64,000 nt of DNA, from NCBI GenBank assembly GCA_020137815.1, contig CM035359.1, forward strand, positions 2,604,001-2,668,000, written 5' to 3'. A program made the translations under genes and the position numbers. The notes below the pieces were generated by a model, which searched no databases, was not told the origin of the DNA, and saw only the letters and a program-made list of their open reading frames with translations. The DNA comes from Hormiphora californensis (lineage: Eukaryota; Animalia; Ctenophora). Below are positions 12,386-26,073 of this stretch, in pieces (within the stretch, counting starts at the first letter, position 1; every line of letters starts with the position of its first letter).

Positions 12386-13886
12386 TTATATTACGGATTA
12401 CTAAACATGAGAGAGAGACCTAAAGAAGTAGAGAGAGAGCCAGATGATAGGACAAACAGGAAGTGTTTACTAGTGAGAAGGAGCTTTGTTAAGATAGTTC
12501 TCACAAATCAGCTGTGGTGTGCAACAAAAATAGCTCAACTTGATTCACGACATAATCTTCGTAATGTCTCACTTTTCTTCCATTGTTTCCTACCAACCTC
12601 ATTCTATCCGATGTAGATAATAGGATAACCGATGACTTTTATTCCATTCGATGATAATTGGATGACTTGCTCAGAAACCATGCTTCCAATTCTGAAGTGG
12701 CGAGAGTTTAGGCGAGATTGAGATATGGGAGGGAGAGAGATGGAGAGAGAGAGAGAGATAGAGAGAGAAGAATGAGATGTGTAGTACCCCGGCCCCCTGC
12801 GATGTTTAATGTTAGATCTAAGCTCCACAGCTTTGATCAGGATGTTTATAAGTGCAGTTACCATAGCAACTGACCGGGGGGGGGGGGGGACTCACATCTG
12901 TACAATAGAGTCATTTGACAGCAGCTATAGGTAGACACACCTTTCATTGACAGCTGCCTTTATTGAGAGTATAGAACCTCGTGGAAGGGGGCCTTTATTG
13001 GGAGCTTTCAACTTTGAAGTAGAACGGAGAACATCTACTCTCACTCAGTCTCTCTCTCTCTCTCTTCAATGGAGGTATCCAGTCCTTTTCTTTGCTTTAG
13101 ACCAACGACTTGAACCCCTGTTCAAGACAGTAAATTCACCAGAATTCCAAATAGTTATGCGGCTAATTCCCCCTCGCAATGTTTCATTTTGCCTAGGAGA
13201 CTAAACTATTGAATCATTTAGATCTAATTCCCTGCCTACCCAGTTGTATCTAGCCCTAAGTCCCTAAAGCTGTACCCAATGGGTGCTGTACAGGGAGAAT
13301 TAAGAACATTAGCTCCATAATAGGGGACCACTGTCATGCTAGAATCTTGTAGTTTTATAAAAGCAAATCCTTTCTCATTCTCTAATTCTTTCCAGCTACT
13401 AACTACCGGCTGCACTGTAATTTATCCTCAATAACAATCTCCTGAATTTCTCTCTAAATCTTTACTAACAGAGAACGTAGAATTTATTGCGATAACCCTC
13501 AATCCTTTCCTATAATACTCGCTCATTCCTTTCCTATAATACTCGCTCATTCCTCTTGCATTAGTTGCTATTAGTGGATTGCACATGTTACATACACATG
13601 CATGTTTTGCTCTTTCTAACGAATTGTATCGTGTACCGTGTAATTATAAATCTAGTTCAGCATGTGGAGCATGCGCATCTCGCCTTCCCTGTTAGTTTGA
13701 TCTATTACCCTGCCCACTAACACCATCGACCATCCGGATTTCGGATCATAAATCATAATTCTGTATTCCCTCTAACACCATCTTTCCTTCTTCCATAACT
13801 TGTCCTAACCGGCACTAACCCCCTCTTTCTTTTCTACTAATGTGCTAATCTTCCTTCTTTCTACAGGATGGTTGAGAGTTCGTGAG

Positions 13887-16730
13887 ATGACAAAGGGAAG
13901 TATTGACGAGACTCTGAGCAGTCTCAATCTGTACATAAAACATGGTATCCTTCAACTACAGGACACTTGGGAGGTGAGTGAACACCGGTGCAGGGATAGA
14001 CCGTGACAGAAAGGCAGGGAGTGAGAGAGACATGGGATTAGGGACACAATCAGATAGATGGATATCTAGACAGAGAGACAGACATGACAGACATGAGTAC
14101 ATCACAGACGTAGCAACAAAAAGGGGGGGGGGGCAACGCTCATTTTTTATATATTTTTATATATTTTATATACCTTTTTTTTGGAAAAAAAAAACATAAT
14201 TTTTTATATATATATAAAATATATAAAAATATATAAAAATACATATGAATATATAAAAATATATAAAAATATATAAAAAATATATAAAAATATATAAAAA
14301 ATTGTGCCGAAAGTGTGAAAACAGAAAGCTGTTTTTCGCCATAGCGGGATCAAATATCATTCAATTGATCTCAAACTTGGTCAGCATCTTCATCTAGATA
14401 ATCCTGATGATTTTCCGTCATCAATGTGACGTTTGTAACATCGTGACGTCGCGTCAATAACGTCATGACGTCAAAATGACGTCAAAAATGATTTGTTTTT
14501 TTAGTTTCGCGATCCCAACCTCTCTTCACCAGTTCTAGTACATCTGCACGGATCAACATACAAAAAATAATTGAAATCACACCAAAACTGGTAGATATTA
14601 TTAGGCCGGAACCTCTCTTCACCAGTTCTACTTTTGACAGTGCATAATTCACTTTTGAACACATTCTCAATTATGTAAAACAGCTATCACCCTCTCAAAC
14701 ACTTAAATTAACTCTATGAAACATATTCAAGTGAACAATAGATGGAAATAATCCCCTTTTTTGAAAGTAAAAGGGGTGAAAAAAGGGTTTATTTTATATA
14801 TTTTTATATATTTTTATATATTTTTATATATTATTTATATAACTTTATATATTTTTATATATTTTTATATATTTTTATATATTTTTATATATATATAAAA
14901 AATTCCAAAATTAAGGAAATATATAAAAAATTCGGTGGCCCCCCCCCCACAAAAAGTCAGATAGTAAAAACAGAAGGGTAATAAGAAGTTTACCAATTTT
15001 CCAGGAGATAGGATTGGAGAGGGAGGATCAGGCTCAGAAGTGTGATAGCATCGTCTCCTCTCTCAGGAGTGTCCTTGATAGCATCGTTATTGGTAAGATC
15101 TCGCGAGGGGGGGGGGGGGGTGAATCTTCAGTTGGTCTGAAATTAGTGCAAAGTTTCAATTCTTGACCCCTTCGTTCCAATCGTAAGGGTGGAGACAGTA
15201 CGAAAAGTTCAAATCAGCAGTCTGAAACATTTAGTCAATAATTCATCAAAAAAGTAACGACCTTTGATTATTACCAGGTGAGAACGCCTACAAAGAGTGT
15301 CTAGATGAGGAATGCTTGGAGTTATCCCAGCGGTGTAATGAGTCCTTCAAACTTCTTGGAATGCCTACCTTCAACCCTGGTTCTCTCACTGTGCCCCTTC
15401 TAACAAGGAAGAATTTCCTGATCAAAAAGAGCGAGGAGCTGAAAGAGGAGGTGGCGGTGAAAACAGCTCAGGTGTGATTCACTAACTAATTATATAATTT
15501 AGTAATGAATTTCAACAGAATTTAGTAATTAATAGAAATCACACTAACATCACACTAACTAGTGTTTCTCCAATGGGGGATTGGAACTTCTAACTTACTA
15601 AAACCCTCTCTCTCTCCCACAGATAGAGAAGCTGGAGGAGAGGAAGACTCAGTGTATTCAGAGGTTGGGATTACAGCCAGATCACTATCCCACCATCCAG
15701 TCAGATAATATCACACGAATCATATCGCTCCTGGAAATACAGGTAGGGGTTAGGGTACACTAGGGACGATACAGACATGGGGGGGGGGGGGATACTGGGG
15801 TAAACTTGCAGTTACGGGGAAGTACTGTGGCAGTTGTGCGACGGGGGTAGGATCAGGATATAGGAAAGAGTAGAAATATCTTTGTTCTAATGAGAAAGAG
15901 AGCAACTGACAGACAAGTGAATGCAAACTGTGACTTGTGAGACGTTTACTTCTGACTTCAAGGCTACCCTGTACGTTATATTGTCAGCTATGTCAGTGGG
16001 ACATACTTTACAACCCTTCAATTTAATAGTTTCAGTTTTCCCATGCCCACTTCACATTGTGAACCGTGAAATGTGAGAAAGTGAGCTTCATTAGATCACT
16101 GCAGCAGCTCACAAAGTCAGACCCGCTATGTAACCCTATCTCCTCCAGCAACCATCAATGAAGCATCTCCTTTCACCATACCATTCGTTTTGATCGGGCC
16201 TTTCTTTCGTGTGGCACCTACTTGACAGTGTCAACTTTTGCCATTCTTTCTTGAGGTACAGTCGGACCAGTTTTGCCCGGTAAATCTGGGTCCGACTGTA
16301 CTTTGACAGTGTCAACTTTACTGCTGTCTGCTGTCTACCGAATAAATTGAATTGAACGGGGAAATAATGCCATGTACCCCACACACATAATGTCATTGGT
16401 TAGCCCCGAGCTCACCCGGGGCACATGATAAGGCTAGCACTAGTATACCCACGTGTGCTAATTATGCGAGGATATATTATAATTTGTTATAGTCCCGATG
16501 CAGTTTTATATTTGAGGATCTATGCCTTGATCAAACAAAAAACGCACTATCCTTCCTTTATTTCTCGCGGTCTCTGCCTCTCTCTCTCTCTTCCTCCATC
16601 TATCTATTTCTCCCCTGTTTCTCTCGCTCTTTCTAGCACTATTTCCACACGGCGTAGAACACCGTCGGTACACCTGACGTGTGACAAAACACTACCAAGG
16701 AAAGTACCAAACGTAATACAGAGAGTGAGA

Positions 16731-16772
<42 letters not shown>

Positions 16773-16786
16773 AGAGAGATAGAGAA

Positions 16787-16833
<47 letters not shown>

Positions 16834-16913
16834 GATCTCTACGCTCTCTCTCTCTCTCTCTCCACTCTCCGCCTCCTCGCTCTCTCGCTCTCTCTCTCCT
16901 CTCTCTCTCTCTC

Positions 16914-16945
<32 letters not shown>

Positions 16946-19900
16946 TCCCCCTCGTCGCTCTCTCTCTCTCGGCTCTCTCCTCTTACCCCGTGCCAAAGAA
17001 CTAACATGCGCCCTATCTAATGCAGCACACCTAAATAAACACCCCATTGTTATGGCAGTTACCACATAGTTACTCAAATCATGGTGTTTACGATGTACGT
17101 TATACGCGTGTGTCTGCAGTTTGACCATGATCTCTGTAACAGTAGTTTACAAGTTGACCATGATCTCTGTGACAGTAGTTTACATAGTTTAGTAGTTTAC
17201 ACTGACCAGATCGGTAACAACTACCGTTATTTAATAATTGACAGACATCATGATCTCTCGGCCTTACTTCCTTAATTCGTTCATTACCACTTTATTATAG
17301 TAATCGTAGCAGTATTACTGACGATAGTACAATAATCGCAGTTGCTGAAGATTACGAAAGCTTTACTTGAACTGTAATTCTTAGCAGTTAAAATATGATA
17401 TATTAGTGTGCTGCAGCTTTAGTCTAGTAATTCTATATGCACTGCATTCACCCCCTACGGATTTGGTTCAAGAATTTGTCTCCGGAAATTCCTGTATGTT
17501 TTGTGAATCTACCTTTGAGGGTTTCACACGGAATTTTCCAGTTTAAACACCTCCGTGCACCCCAGTTAAAACATCATTTACAATACTCTATCTATCAGCA
17601 TTTTGTAACTCAAATATGATACAGACTTCTTGACTTGCTGACTTCAAACTTGCTGTGTTGCCTAACAAGTATCACTTCTTGTAGAACTTTTTTGTTGAGT
17701 AACAAAAACTTTTTGTTTGACTCACTCCATGGTCTCAAGATCTCAAGAAGATGGTTTCATCATCAAATAAGACACGACACACCGCCTCTCTGTGCTGTCT
17801 GTGTGTACTATGGAGCCGAAGAAGAAGGAGTATGAAGAATGGCATGATCATGTCCCCTACAACTAGTTCCACAGGACCTGTCAGTGCACTGCATACTGGG
17901 AGTGAGATGGGCAGTACTAGTGTCAGTGTCCAGGACTTCCCAAGGTTACTCAGCCTCAGCAGGAATAGTAAGGTGAGTTTGATCAGTATAATAGGAACAG
18001 AGGCCAGATCAGCGGGGCTGGGGACTGTCTGGCACTGCTAACCACAGCCTCGATTTGAATTTATATATTTTAGAGTGAAAACCAGGTCTGTGGCGCCACC
18101 AGACAGAGGTCGGCGGTCGCACCAGACAGTCTGACAACCACAAACTTTTTAGCGTGTGTTTTGGTATTTTAAACATCAAACATTCTGTAATAAGAGACCA
18201 GAATGGCAAATTAAAAGGTAGGTATGCACAAAACAAAATAGAGAGAGAAAGATAGAGAGATAGAGAAAACATATATTTTCACTAGACGAGTCATTGTTCA
18301 TGTGTGTTTTGCGGATGTATTCTTATTATTGAATTATATTATGGGCTGCATTTGTTGTGCTGCTTTATATTCCCTGCTGCTTATCAGTCTTTGTGTCCTA
18401 ATTTTACTGCATTTTATCTTTCCTCTCTCCTTGTGCCCTTGAAACAGCATACAGACCTCCGATACAACATGGTTACCATGGTTACGAGTGATTCTAATCA
18501 GAAGCACAATAGGATTCTATATTGTCAGTTTGAGAGAGCGCCGTCAACAAGTGTACAAAGAATGCATTGTAATTTGTGGAAATTTGTACAATGTGTGCTC
18601 ACATTCGCTCTAATGGAATCACGTGCATTACTAGATAGATCTGTCAACTTGCACTTGACGTTATATCTAGTACGTATTAGTAGAGTCGATAACTACATCG
18701 ACCTCTCCCAATTTTTCCAGTTTTTGTCACATCTGTTTGGAGCCTCGACACGACCCCTAAACAGGTGTTACTTTTTCACAAACTGTTTTCATCTTGGTGT
18801 AATCAGCATTTGAAATGTTGCTGATCATAACAAAAACCTAACTATTTTTTTTCAACTTGGGGTAAAACCATGGGTGTCAAAAGTTAGCTCTAGGTCCCCT
18901 GAGTAACCATCCGGAGACTCTAAGAGATATTTCAAGCCGTTCTCCTGTAATCATTAATCCCGGTAGAGCACATATTTGAGTATGGACGTACGTGCAATTG
19001 CCTACAACCTCAACTTTAATGTATAACGTTAATGTGCGTCTCTCTCTTTTCTCCCCCTTCAGAAAGAGTTATCTCGCGCGGCGCAACCGCACGTGCGGTT
19101 TTTCCAGAGAGAGTGAGAGACATACAATAACATGTAAACAGCCTGCCAGCGCTCACGTACGTCCGCATTGTATTTTTTTCTCCGCCGGGATTAATGATTA
19201 CGGGAGAACGGCTTGAAATATCTCTTAGAGTCTCCGGATGGTTATTCAGGGGACCTAGAGCTAACTTTTGACACCCATGGTTTTACCCCAAGTTGAAAAA
19301 AAATAGTTAGGTTTTTGTTATGATCAGCAACATTTCAAATGCTGATTACACCAAGATGAAAACAGTTTGTGAAAAAGTAACACCTGTTTAGGGGTCGTGT
19401 CGAGGCTCCAAACAGATGTGACAAAAACTGGAACAATTGGGAGAGGTCGATGTAGTTATCGACTCTACTATATAGTGTGTGTGGTTATTTCTAGTACGCA
19501 GTGTGTGTGTATGTTTCACGCCTTTCAATTTATTCGGTATTCCACAGTATTATTATCCGATCTAAATATAATGATTTTTCTAATTAGAAACAGCACCCAA
19601 ACAATTAGTCTGAGTAGGGGCGGTGTCTAATTTCAATGTGTATAGACTATAGTCTGTCATTGGAACTGGGATCAGTCTGTCATTGGAACTGGGATCACGA
19701 TACGGCTTCTCATTACTCAAATCTGTTATACTGAAGTACTAGCTTCACATTGTATTTTGTTCTGTAGATTGCACTCCTTCTTATATCCTGATCTGTCCTG
19801 CCGCCTGCATCTTTGTTCTCATTATGAATTATGATGATAACTCGTAGCTGTCAACTGATTTCAATTTCTGAAGCCCCTTTGTAGTCAGAAAGTCGCTAAA

Positions 19901-22900
19901 TAACCTTGTTTCTAGCCTATCCTGAGGCCTCAGAGTTATATTTACAGATATCACTCTCAGTAAAGTGAAATATCGCTCTTTCTCTCTGCTACCTTTCCAA
20001 GTCTCCCGGCTGCCCTCTCCTCCCAGGCCGCTCTGTATCTCTGTGCTGTAGCAGGCACTTCCTTTTCCTATTCATTTGTAGCACACCACTTTATCAGTAT
20101 CATGTTACCGTGTCGTATATAATAGAGCTCTTGCGTTGATTCCCTTTGACATTGCCTTTCCAACGTCCTGTCGCTGCATTTCTCCTCGTTCTAAATCATT
20201 TCTCTCTCTCTCGTTCTAAATAATTTCTCTCTCTCTCATTCTAAATCATTTCTCTCTCATTCTCGCCACACCTCACCTCTTTCTCACTCACTCTATCCCT
20301 GCTCTGTGCATATGACATTTATTAGCCCTGTGTGTGAGCATGTGTGTGTGTGTGTATGCTTCCCTTTTGTCTCCCTTCATCTCACTCACACCTCTCTCTC
20401 TCCCCCTACATCCCTCTCTCTCTCCATCTCCCTCTCTCACATCTCACTTTCATTCTTAAATCCCCACACCCAGTGACCGTTGCAGTCTGCTTGTCCTTTC
20501 TTCATTGCAATTGAATTGTACACCATCCTTTCTTCATTGCAATTTAATTGTACAGTTGCCAATATCAAAACCCGTTATAATGCTAATTCATTTTTAATTA
20601 ATTTTTAAATTGTATTCCTTTGTTCCCCAGCTGAAGTAAGCTGTTTGCCATGATTGGGTTTAGGATACGGTATAACTCCGCTACTTCGTCCTACCATAGA
20701 CTACCTCTAAAACCGGTAAACCTTTCCTTTTAACCCTAAACCGGTAAACATTACATTAACCTGGGTATTTAGGCCGCGTTTATGAGGTTTTTACATGATG
20801 TTGACATTTTCAATTCTCAATTGAAGCCCTGTCAATTGAGTATATCACACACATCCTATATGGGCGTGTCATGTGTTGACCAATGTCACCTACTACTGAC
20901 CAGAGAGAGAGAGAGATTGGGAGGGAGAGAGAGAGAGAGAGATTAATTAGAATATTAAACAAACATTCACAAGTAACAGTGTCTACCATTCATTAGACCT
21001 CATGTGATACACTGTGTGAGATTTAGTAACTAACAAGGAAGACAAACCCAGACAAAATTATCTTGAATTGTTGTTACTATTTGTTGCACGTAAACGGGGC
21101 AAAAAGGGAGGGGTAAGGGGGTCCAATATACTACCAAGTACATTTTCTAATACTCCTCTACTCTATCCTGTTCTAACACTCCCCTAATCTACCCTGTTCT
21201 AACACTCCTCTTTATCAATTATAATCTATCATGTTCTAACACTCCTCTTTATAATCTATCATGTTCTAACACTCCTCTTTATAATCTATCATGTTCTAAC
21301 ACTCCTCTTTATAATCTATCATGTTCTAACACTCCTCTTTATATGAGGCATAAACTCTGGCCACTGGCGCGTTATTTCAGATAACTTTCTCCCAGCGCGC
21401 CGCTGGGAGAAGTTAGCTGGAGTTTATCCGCCACTGGCGGATAAACTGGTTTAAATCACGACGACGATCCCGAGGCGGAGCCGAGGGAGAGGCGGAGGGG
21501 TTTAAACCTATAACGTGCCAGTGGTCAGAGTTTATGGGTTATATACCCTGCTTTAGTTGTTTATTTCAAGTATTACACACCAACAAGAGAGAGAACACTA
21601 ATCAAAACACACAAAGACAACTGAGAAATAGTTAAAAACACGTCACAATTGAGTGTACACTGTTTGGTAACAGTTACTAAGCAGTTGCTAAGGAAAGAGA
21701 GTGCAAGAAATAGCCTGATAAGGGGCATGTCACAAATAACACAGAGAAAGAGATAGTGAGACAAAAGGGGAGATAAAGAGAGAGTAATTGACGGAATGTG
21801 TCCTTTCTTTCTCTCCAATGTAGTGTGTAAGTGTTGCACATAGTGTTCCCTCTGTATTTTAGTAAGAACTGATCATTTACACACACTTTGAATGTTCAAA
21901 ATAAATAACCTGCCAGTGGGAAATAATCTGCCGCTGGACTGGCTGTTTATTGAGAGCGCGCTAGTGGGACTGGCGGGTTATTTAAGTTAGCAGGGTATAT
22001 AATCTATCATATTCTAACACTCCTCTAATCTATCATATTCTAACACTCCTCTAATCTATCCTGTTCTAACACTCCTCTAATCTATCATGTTCTAACACTC
22101 CTCTTTATAATCTATCATGTTCTAACACTCCTCTTTATAATCTATCATGTTCTAACACTCCTCTTTATAATCTATCATGTTCTAACACTCCTCTTTATAA
22201 TCTATCATGTTCTAACACTCCTCTTTATAATCTATCATGTTCTAACACTCCTCTTTATAATCTATCATGTTCTAACACTCCTCTTTATAATCTATCATGT
22301 TCTAACACTCCTCTTTATAATCTATCATGTTCTAACACTCCTCTTTATAATCTATCATGTTCTAACACTCCTCTTTATAATCTATCATGTTCTAACACTC
22401 CTCTTTATAATCTATCATGTTCTAACACTCCTCTTTATAATCTATCATGTTCTAACACTCCTCTCCTTCAGATAAAAGAGTTCGAGGAGGATATGGAGAG
22501 GAGAGGCAAGGTACTGAAGGACCAGCTGGCTGAGTTAGTTGAACTACTAGCAGCTCTTGAAATGGACCGGAACTGTCTGATAGAGGAGGGTCTAACTGGT
22601 GATGATGTGGATACCATGTTGCTGTCTGATGAGAGCATCCAGAGGAGGAGTGATATGATCAACCAGTACAGGTAAGGAGGGGTGATATGATCAACACGTA
22701 TAGGTAAGGAGGGGTGATATGATCAACACGTATAGGTAAGGAGGGGTGATATGATCAACCAGTACAGGTAAGGAGACGTGATATGATCAACACGTATAGG
22801 AGAAGGGGTACTTAGAGGGGTTATTGAGAGAAATAAAAAACAAAATATCATTATATTTTGGAACTCTCATCTCTCAGCTCTACTGCCTCTAATCACCCCA

Positions 22901-25900
22901 TCATAATCCTTCATCAGGAGTGAAGTTCAGCAGAATGTGACCCGAGTCCTACAATTGAGGGATCACATTACGAGGTTACATCGCCTTCTACACCGTGACA
23001 CTGAAATCGATGACCAAACTTTCGCCCTCTTTGACTCTCCAAAACCATCATCTATTGAGGCGCTACAGAGTAAGTTTTATCATGAATGTCGTGTTGTCCT
23101 AAAATGGGTTGGTGAGTTGTAGCCATAATTTCTTGTGTTGGATTCTATTCAGAACAGCCCAAGCTTTTTAAATCTCCCTTTCAATACCTAGTTTATTGAC
23201 CGAAATAAGTTTTAACATGTCTCTGAGCCAGTCCAGCTGCACGCCTTCTAAACATAGTCTACAGAAAAGCTCTCACAAAAATATGTCTAATAATCCTACC
23301 TCTCTCTTCAGACTCTCTTAACCTAACAATGCTAATCTCTCTTCAGAAAAGCTGAAAGAGCTAGAAGTGTTCAAGCAGAGTAGGTTAGATACCTACATTC
23401 AGTGTCTGAGACAGGAAATAGCTGCTTTCCAGGGGCTCTGCTTTCAAACAAAATGCGAGGTAAAATTCGTCATAATTATCGAGAGTGCGCTTATAATTCA
23501 TTCCATTCTCAATTTAATGATCGTGCTAGCCGATTAATCCCATTAATTGATAAACGGAGTATTGTACCTAAATACATGCTCCCCCCCCCCAAATACACGT
23601 GTTAACATTTCTAACACGTGTTCCTTCAGGTGTCATCGTCCTCTGAGGACGTTAGTAAGACAAGTGATAGGGGATCCAGGGACACTATTAACATGCCTGA
23701 CATAACAGTGGAGGAAATCGCTCACAGGTATAATAGTAACTCTAGTAAATTTCTCACTTAGAGCATGTAGCATGTAGCATCTGTTGTAGCAGATTGTACT
23801 ATGAACTACTCTGAAAGCTACAACATGAGCCGATTAATGTGTCCATGTATGATTGTACAAAGCTAGACGTGTAGCATTGTATTCATTGTGTAGCATGTTG
23901 TATTGTATTTAGACCGGTAGCACCTACTACCCTGAACCTGAAGAGCAGAAGGGAGACATTGGATAAGACCTTCAAGATTTCGGATACAATGGATAAGACC
24001 ATCACCCCGACTGATGCATTTGGTGATGGATTTGGCAGACTTTCCCTGACCTCAACCCCAACTGAAGTTGGCAGACCTTCCCTGACCTCAACTCCAAATA
24101 AGGAGTGTCCCCCGAGGTAGTCATATAGGGTTGTTCAGGAGGTTACTAAATGATTTACAATGTTCTACCAATCTGGATTTGGTTATATCACTCCCAACTA
24201 CAATCTCTATATCTCCGATCTAGTCATGAGGATGAACAACAGAGATCGCCTCTACAAAAACTTGGACGAATGTTTAACTTTAAAAAGAAGAAGAAACCGG
24301 CTTTAGTGGCTTTTGAAAACATACCCCGGCGGGGCACTAAACCAACTCAGCAAACTAAGCCTAGCAAAACAACACAATCAACTACAAAGATACCACAACA
24401 AACCGCCAAGATACCGACCAGGAATCGGTACTGTGATCATTGAAGGAGTTTTAATATCTTTCTCTCATGTGTCATTGCCCCGAGGCATCCTTTTATGTTG
24501 TTTTAAGCTGATTTGTTAACGCTGTTTTGTTATGAAAAGTATTGGTTGTTTACTAAAAGTAACCAAATTAAAGTAACGACCTAGCATTTTTAACATGGAG
24601 CTGTTCAAACACAAAGCCCTAACATCATCTCATTTTAGCTGTGGTGATTTAAACACAATAATTCCTCTATTAATTTTAGTTTCCCTAATCCATTTTCTTG
24701 TTTTAGTTGCGGAGATAAGAAGTTGAAGCAATGGGAGGAACAGGACGATCAAGAGAACAGGAACACACTAAACCAGACTTACACCCTGCAAAACGACCTG
24801 CTGAAACCCGCTAAAACACCCGATATGTAAGTATTTGAAAAAAGATCGTTCCCTTTCTATAGTTTGGTGTTCACAATGCACCAAAGGGTAAGACAATTTG
24901 CTGATTGGTACAATGGGCACACTATCTAAACTATTAATGCAAACTACTATTTTACTTATATCGCGTCCCACACAGAGATACCAAGGTGGCAGGTGCTGCA
25001 GCTTTTTTATAGACTCCCGTGACCCCCCCCCCTTTTTATATACCCCCAGTACCCCTAATTTACCCCACCCAGAGATACGGAGGTGCTCCAGCTGGAGGAA
25101 GAGTTGGACCGGTGGGAGTCATTTTACAATAGTAACAGTGAACTATTCGAACTTATCCGACGGTGGAACAATCTTAACGAGAGGTAAAGTTAGTGATTTG
25201 CTTGTGAGTGCTACGTCAAAGTTTGACTCGGTAGATTTCAAATCATTTTCTCGTTTACTACATACATAAAGTTCCATTATACTAGGACTAGGCCGATGCC
25301 CGATAACGCTTCTCGCTCTTTCCCCTTTAGATTCACAGTCCACTAAATTCCATCTACTCGCTCCTTTCAGATACACCGAGTTGCAGCAACCCTCACCGGA
25401 CAAATACAACAACAGGGGTGGGGCGCTACTTCAGGCACAGAAAGAAAGCACTAAAATAGCGAAGGAGCTCCCTAAGATCGAGCAGAAGGTTCTGGCGGAC
25501 ATGGACAAGATTTTAGGAGAGGTAAATGTGTATTGTGCTTGTTTGATTGATATTAGGGGAGGTAAATGTGTCCTAGGAGGAATGAATCTTCAATCTTCAT
25601 TCTCTTATGTTATCTCATTCTTTATCCCTCTCTTTTCCCAGTCATTCTCAAAGTATTATAATACCCGTTTATCCAGAAAATCACCCTAACATTCCCTGTC
25701 TCCTCAGGAGATAAAGATAAACGGTATGGATCTCGAGGACTACTTTGCAGACAACAGAGCCACTACGACACTCTCCCGCAGCAGCTCAGTGCGACACTCC
25801 AAGAAGTCAATCACAACACCCCGGTCCACCCCAACACCCCGAACTCCCTCGATGCGTCAGAAGAAAGCCAGCAGCGAATCAAACAATAAGAGAACGCCAG

Positions 25901-26073
25901 AACCATCACCACGGAACACTGTTGTAGTGACTCCAAAACCTAAGACAAATCAGATTTCTAGTAGGAGGGACAGTTTGAAGAAAAATGACGCTTTTGAAAG
26001 GAGTGAGAGCAGGAGAAAGTCGATGAGAAAGAGGACATCAATTGACGCGTTAGATCAGATTGGTAAAAAGTGA
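13887..26073 (+). CDS. PRC1: PRC1/MAP65/Ase1-family antiparallel microtubule cross-linker, 14 coding exons
   Basis: GT-AG exons in compatible phases: 13887-13973, 15005-15092, 15278-15471, 15623-15742, 22472-22671, 22918-23069, 23347-23459, 23630-23727, 23913-24116, 24224-24427, 24707-24826, 25073-25183, 25371-25521, 25708-26073. Motifs LQDTWEEIG and the family signature PDKYNNRGGALL...KELPKIEQ; basic SP/TP-rich tail; AATAAA at ~26269. Confidence 0.85.
14124..14948. mobile_element. Non-autonomous DNA transposon with G-run/C-run termini and ~8-bp TSD (MuDR- or Merlin-like), AT-rich subterminal repeats
   Basis: Imperfect TIR gggg(g)caacgctcattttttatatattt versus aaatatataaaaaattcggtggcccc. TSD acaaaaag at 14116-14123 and 14949-14956. 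Confidence 0.6.
16259..16298. mobile_element. Mini pogo/Tigger-like MITE, short form of 43321-43492
   Basis: TA-cagtcggacc...ggtccgactg-TA. Confidence 0.7.
18678..19470. mobile_element. Non-autonomous DNA transposon with ~310-bp TIRs, TAG...CTA termini and 3-bp TSD (Academ-like)
   Basis: tagtagagtcgataactacatcgacc... mirrored by ...ggtcgatgtagttatcgactctacta. Flanks read tat[...]tat. Confidence 0.8.
21145..22466 (+). repeat. 30-bp minisatellite (tctatcatgttctaacactcctctttataa) ending at the PRC1 exon-5 acceptor; split by an inserted element
   Basis: About 20 copies over 21145-21342 and 22000-22466. The last copy continues as ctccttcag into the exon at 22472. Confidence 0.9.
21343..22000. 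mobile_element. Non-autonomous element with asymmetric inverted repeats and a large terminal stem-loop (Helentron/HINE-like or Crypton-like), inserted at TATA
   Basis: cataaactctggccactggcgcgttat pairs with ataacgtgccagtggtcagagtttatg. tataccctgct (~21542) pairs with agcagggtata (~21990). It interrupts the 30-bp array. Confidence 0.6.
22647..22800 (+). repeat. ~33-bp tandem repeat of the exon end plus 5' splice site (gtgatatgatcaaccagtacag|gtaagg)
   Basis: 4-5 copies starting inside PRC1 exon 5. Confidence 0.85.

Noticed and set aside
11150-13850. Possible decayed LINE ORF1/endonuclease on the minus strand (also ~19770-20180)
   Set aside because: Only isolated weak motifs (IWNSGEFT, NVKG-INAR) among many stops. 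Not supportable without a database search.
21145-22466. CRISPR-like array (also considered 59985-60610)
   Set aside because: The units are head-to-tail with no unique spacers, there are no cas genes, and the context is a eukaryotic intron.
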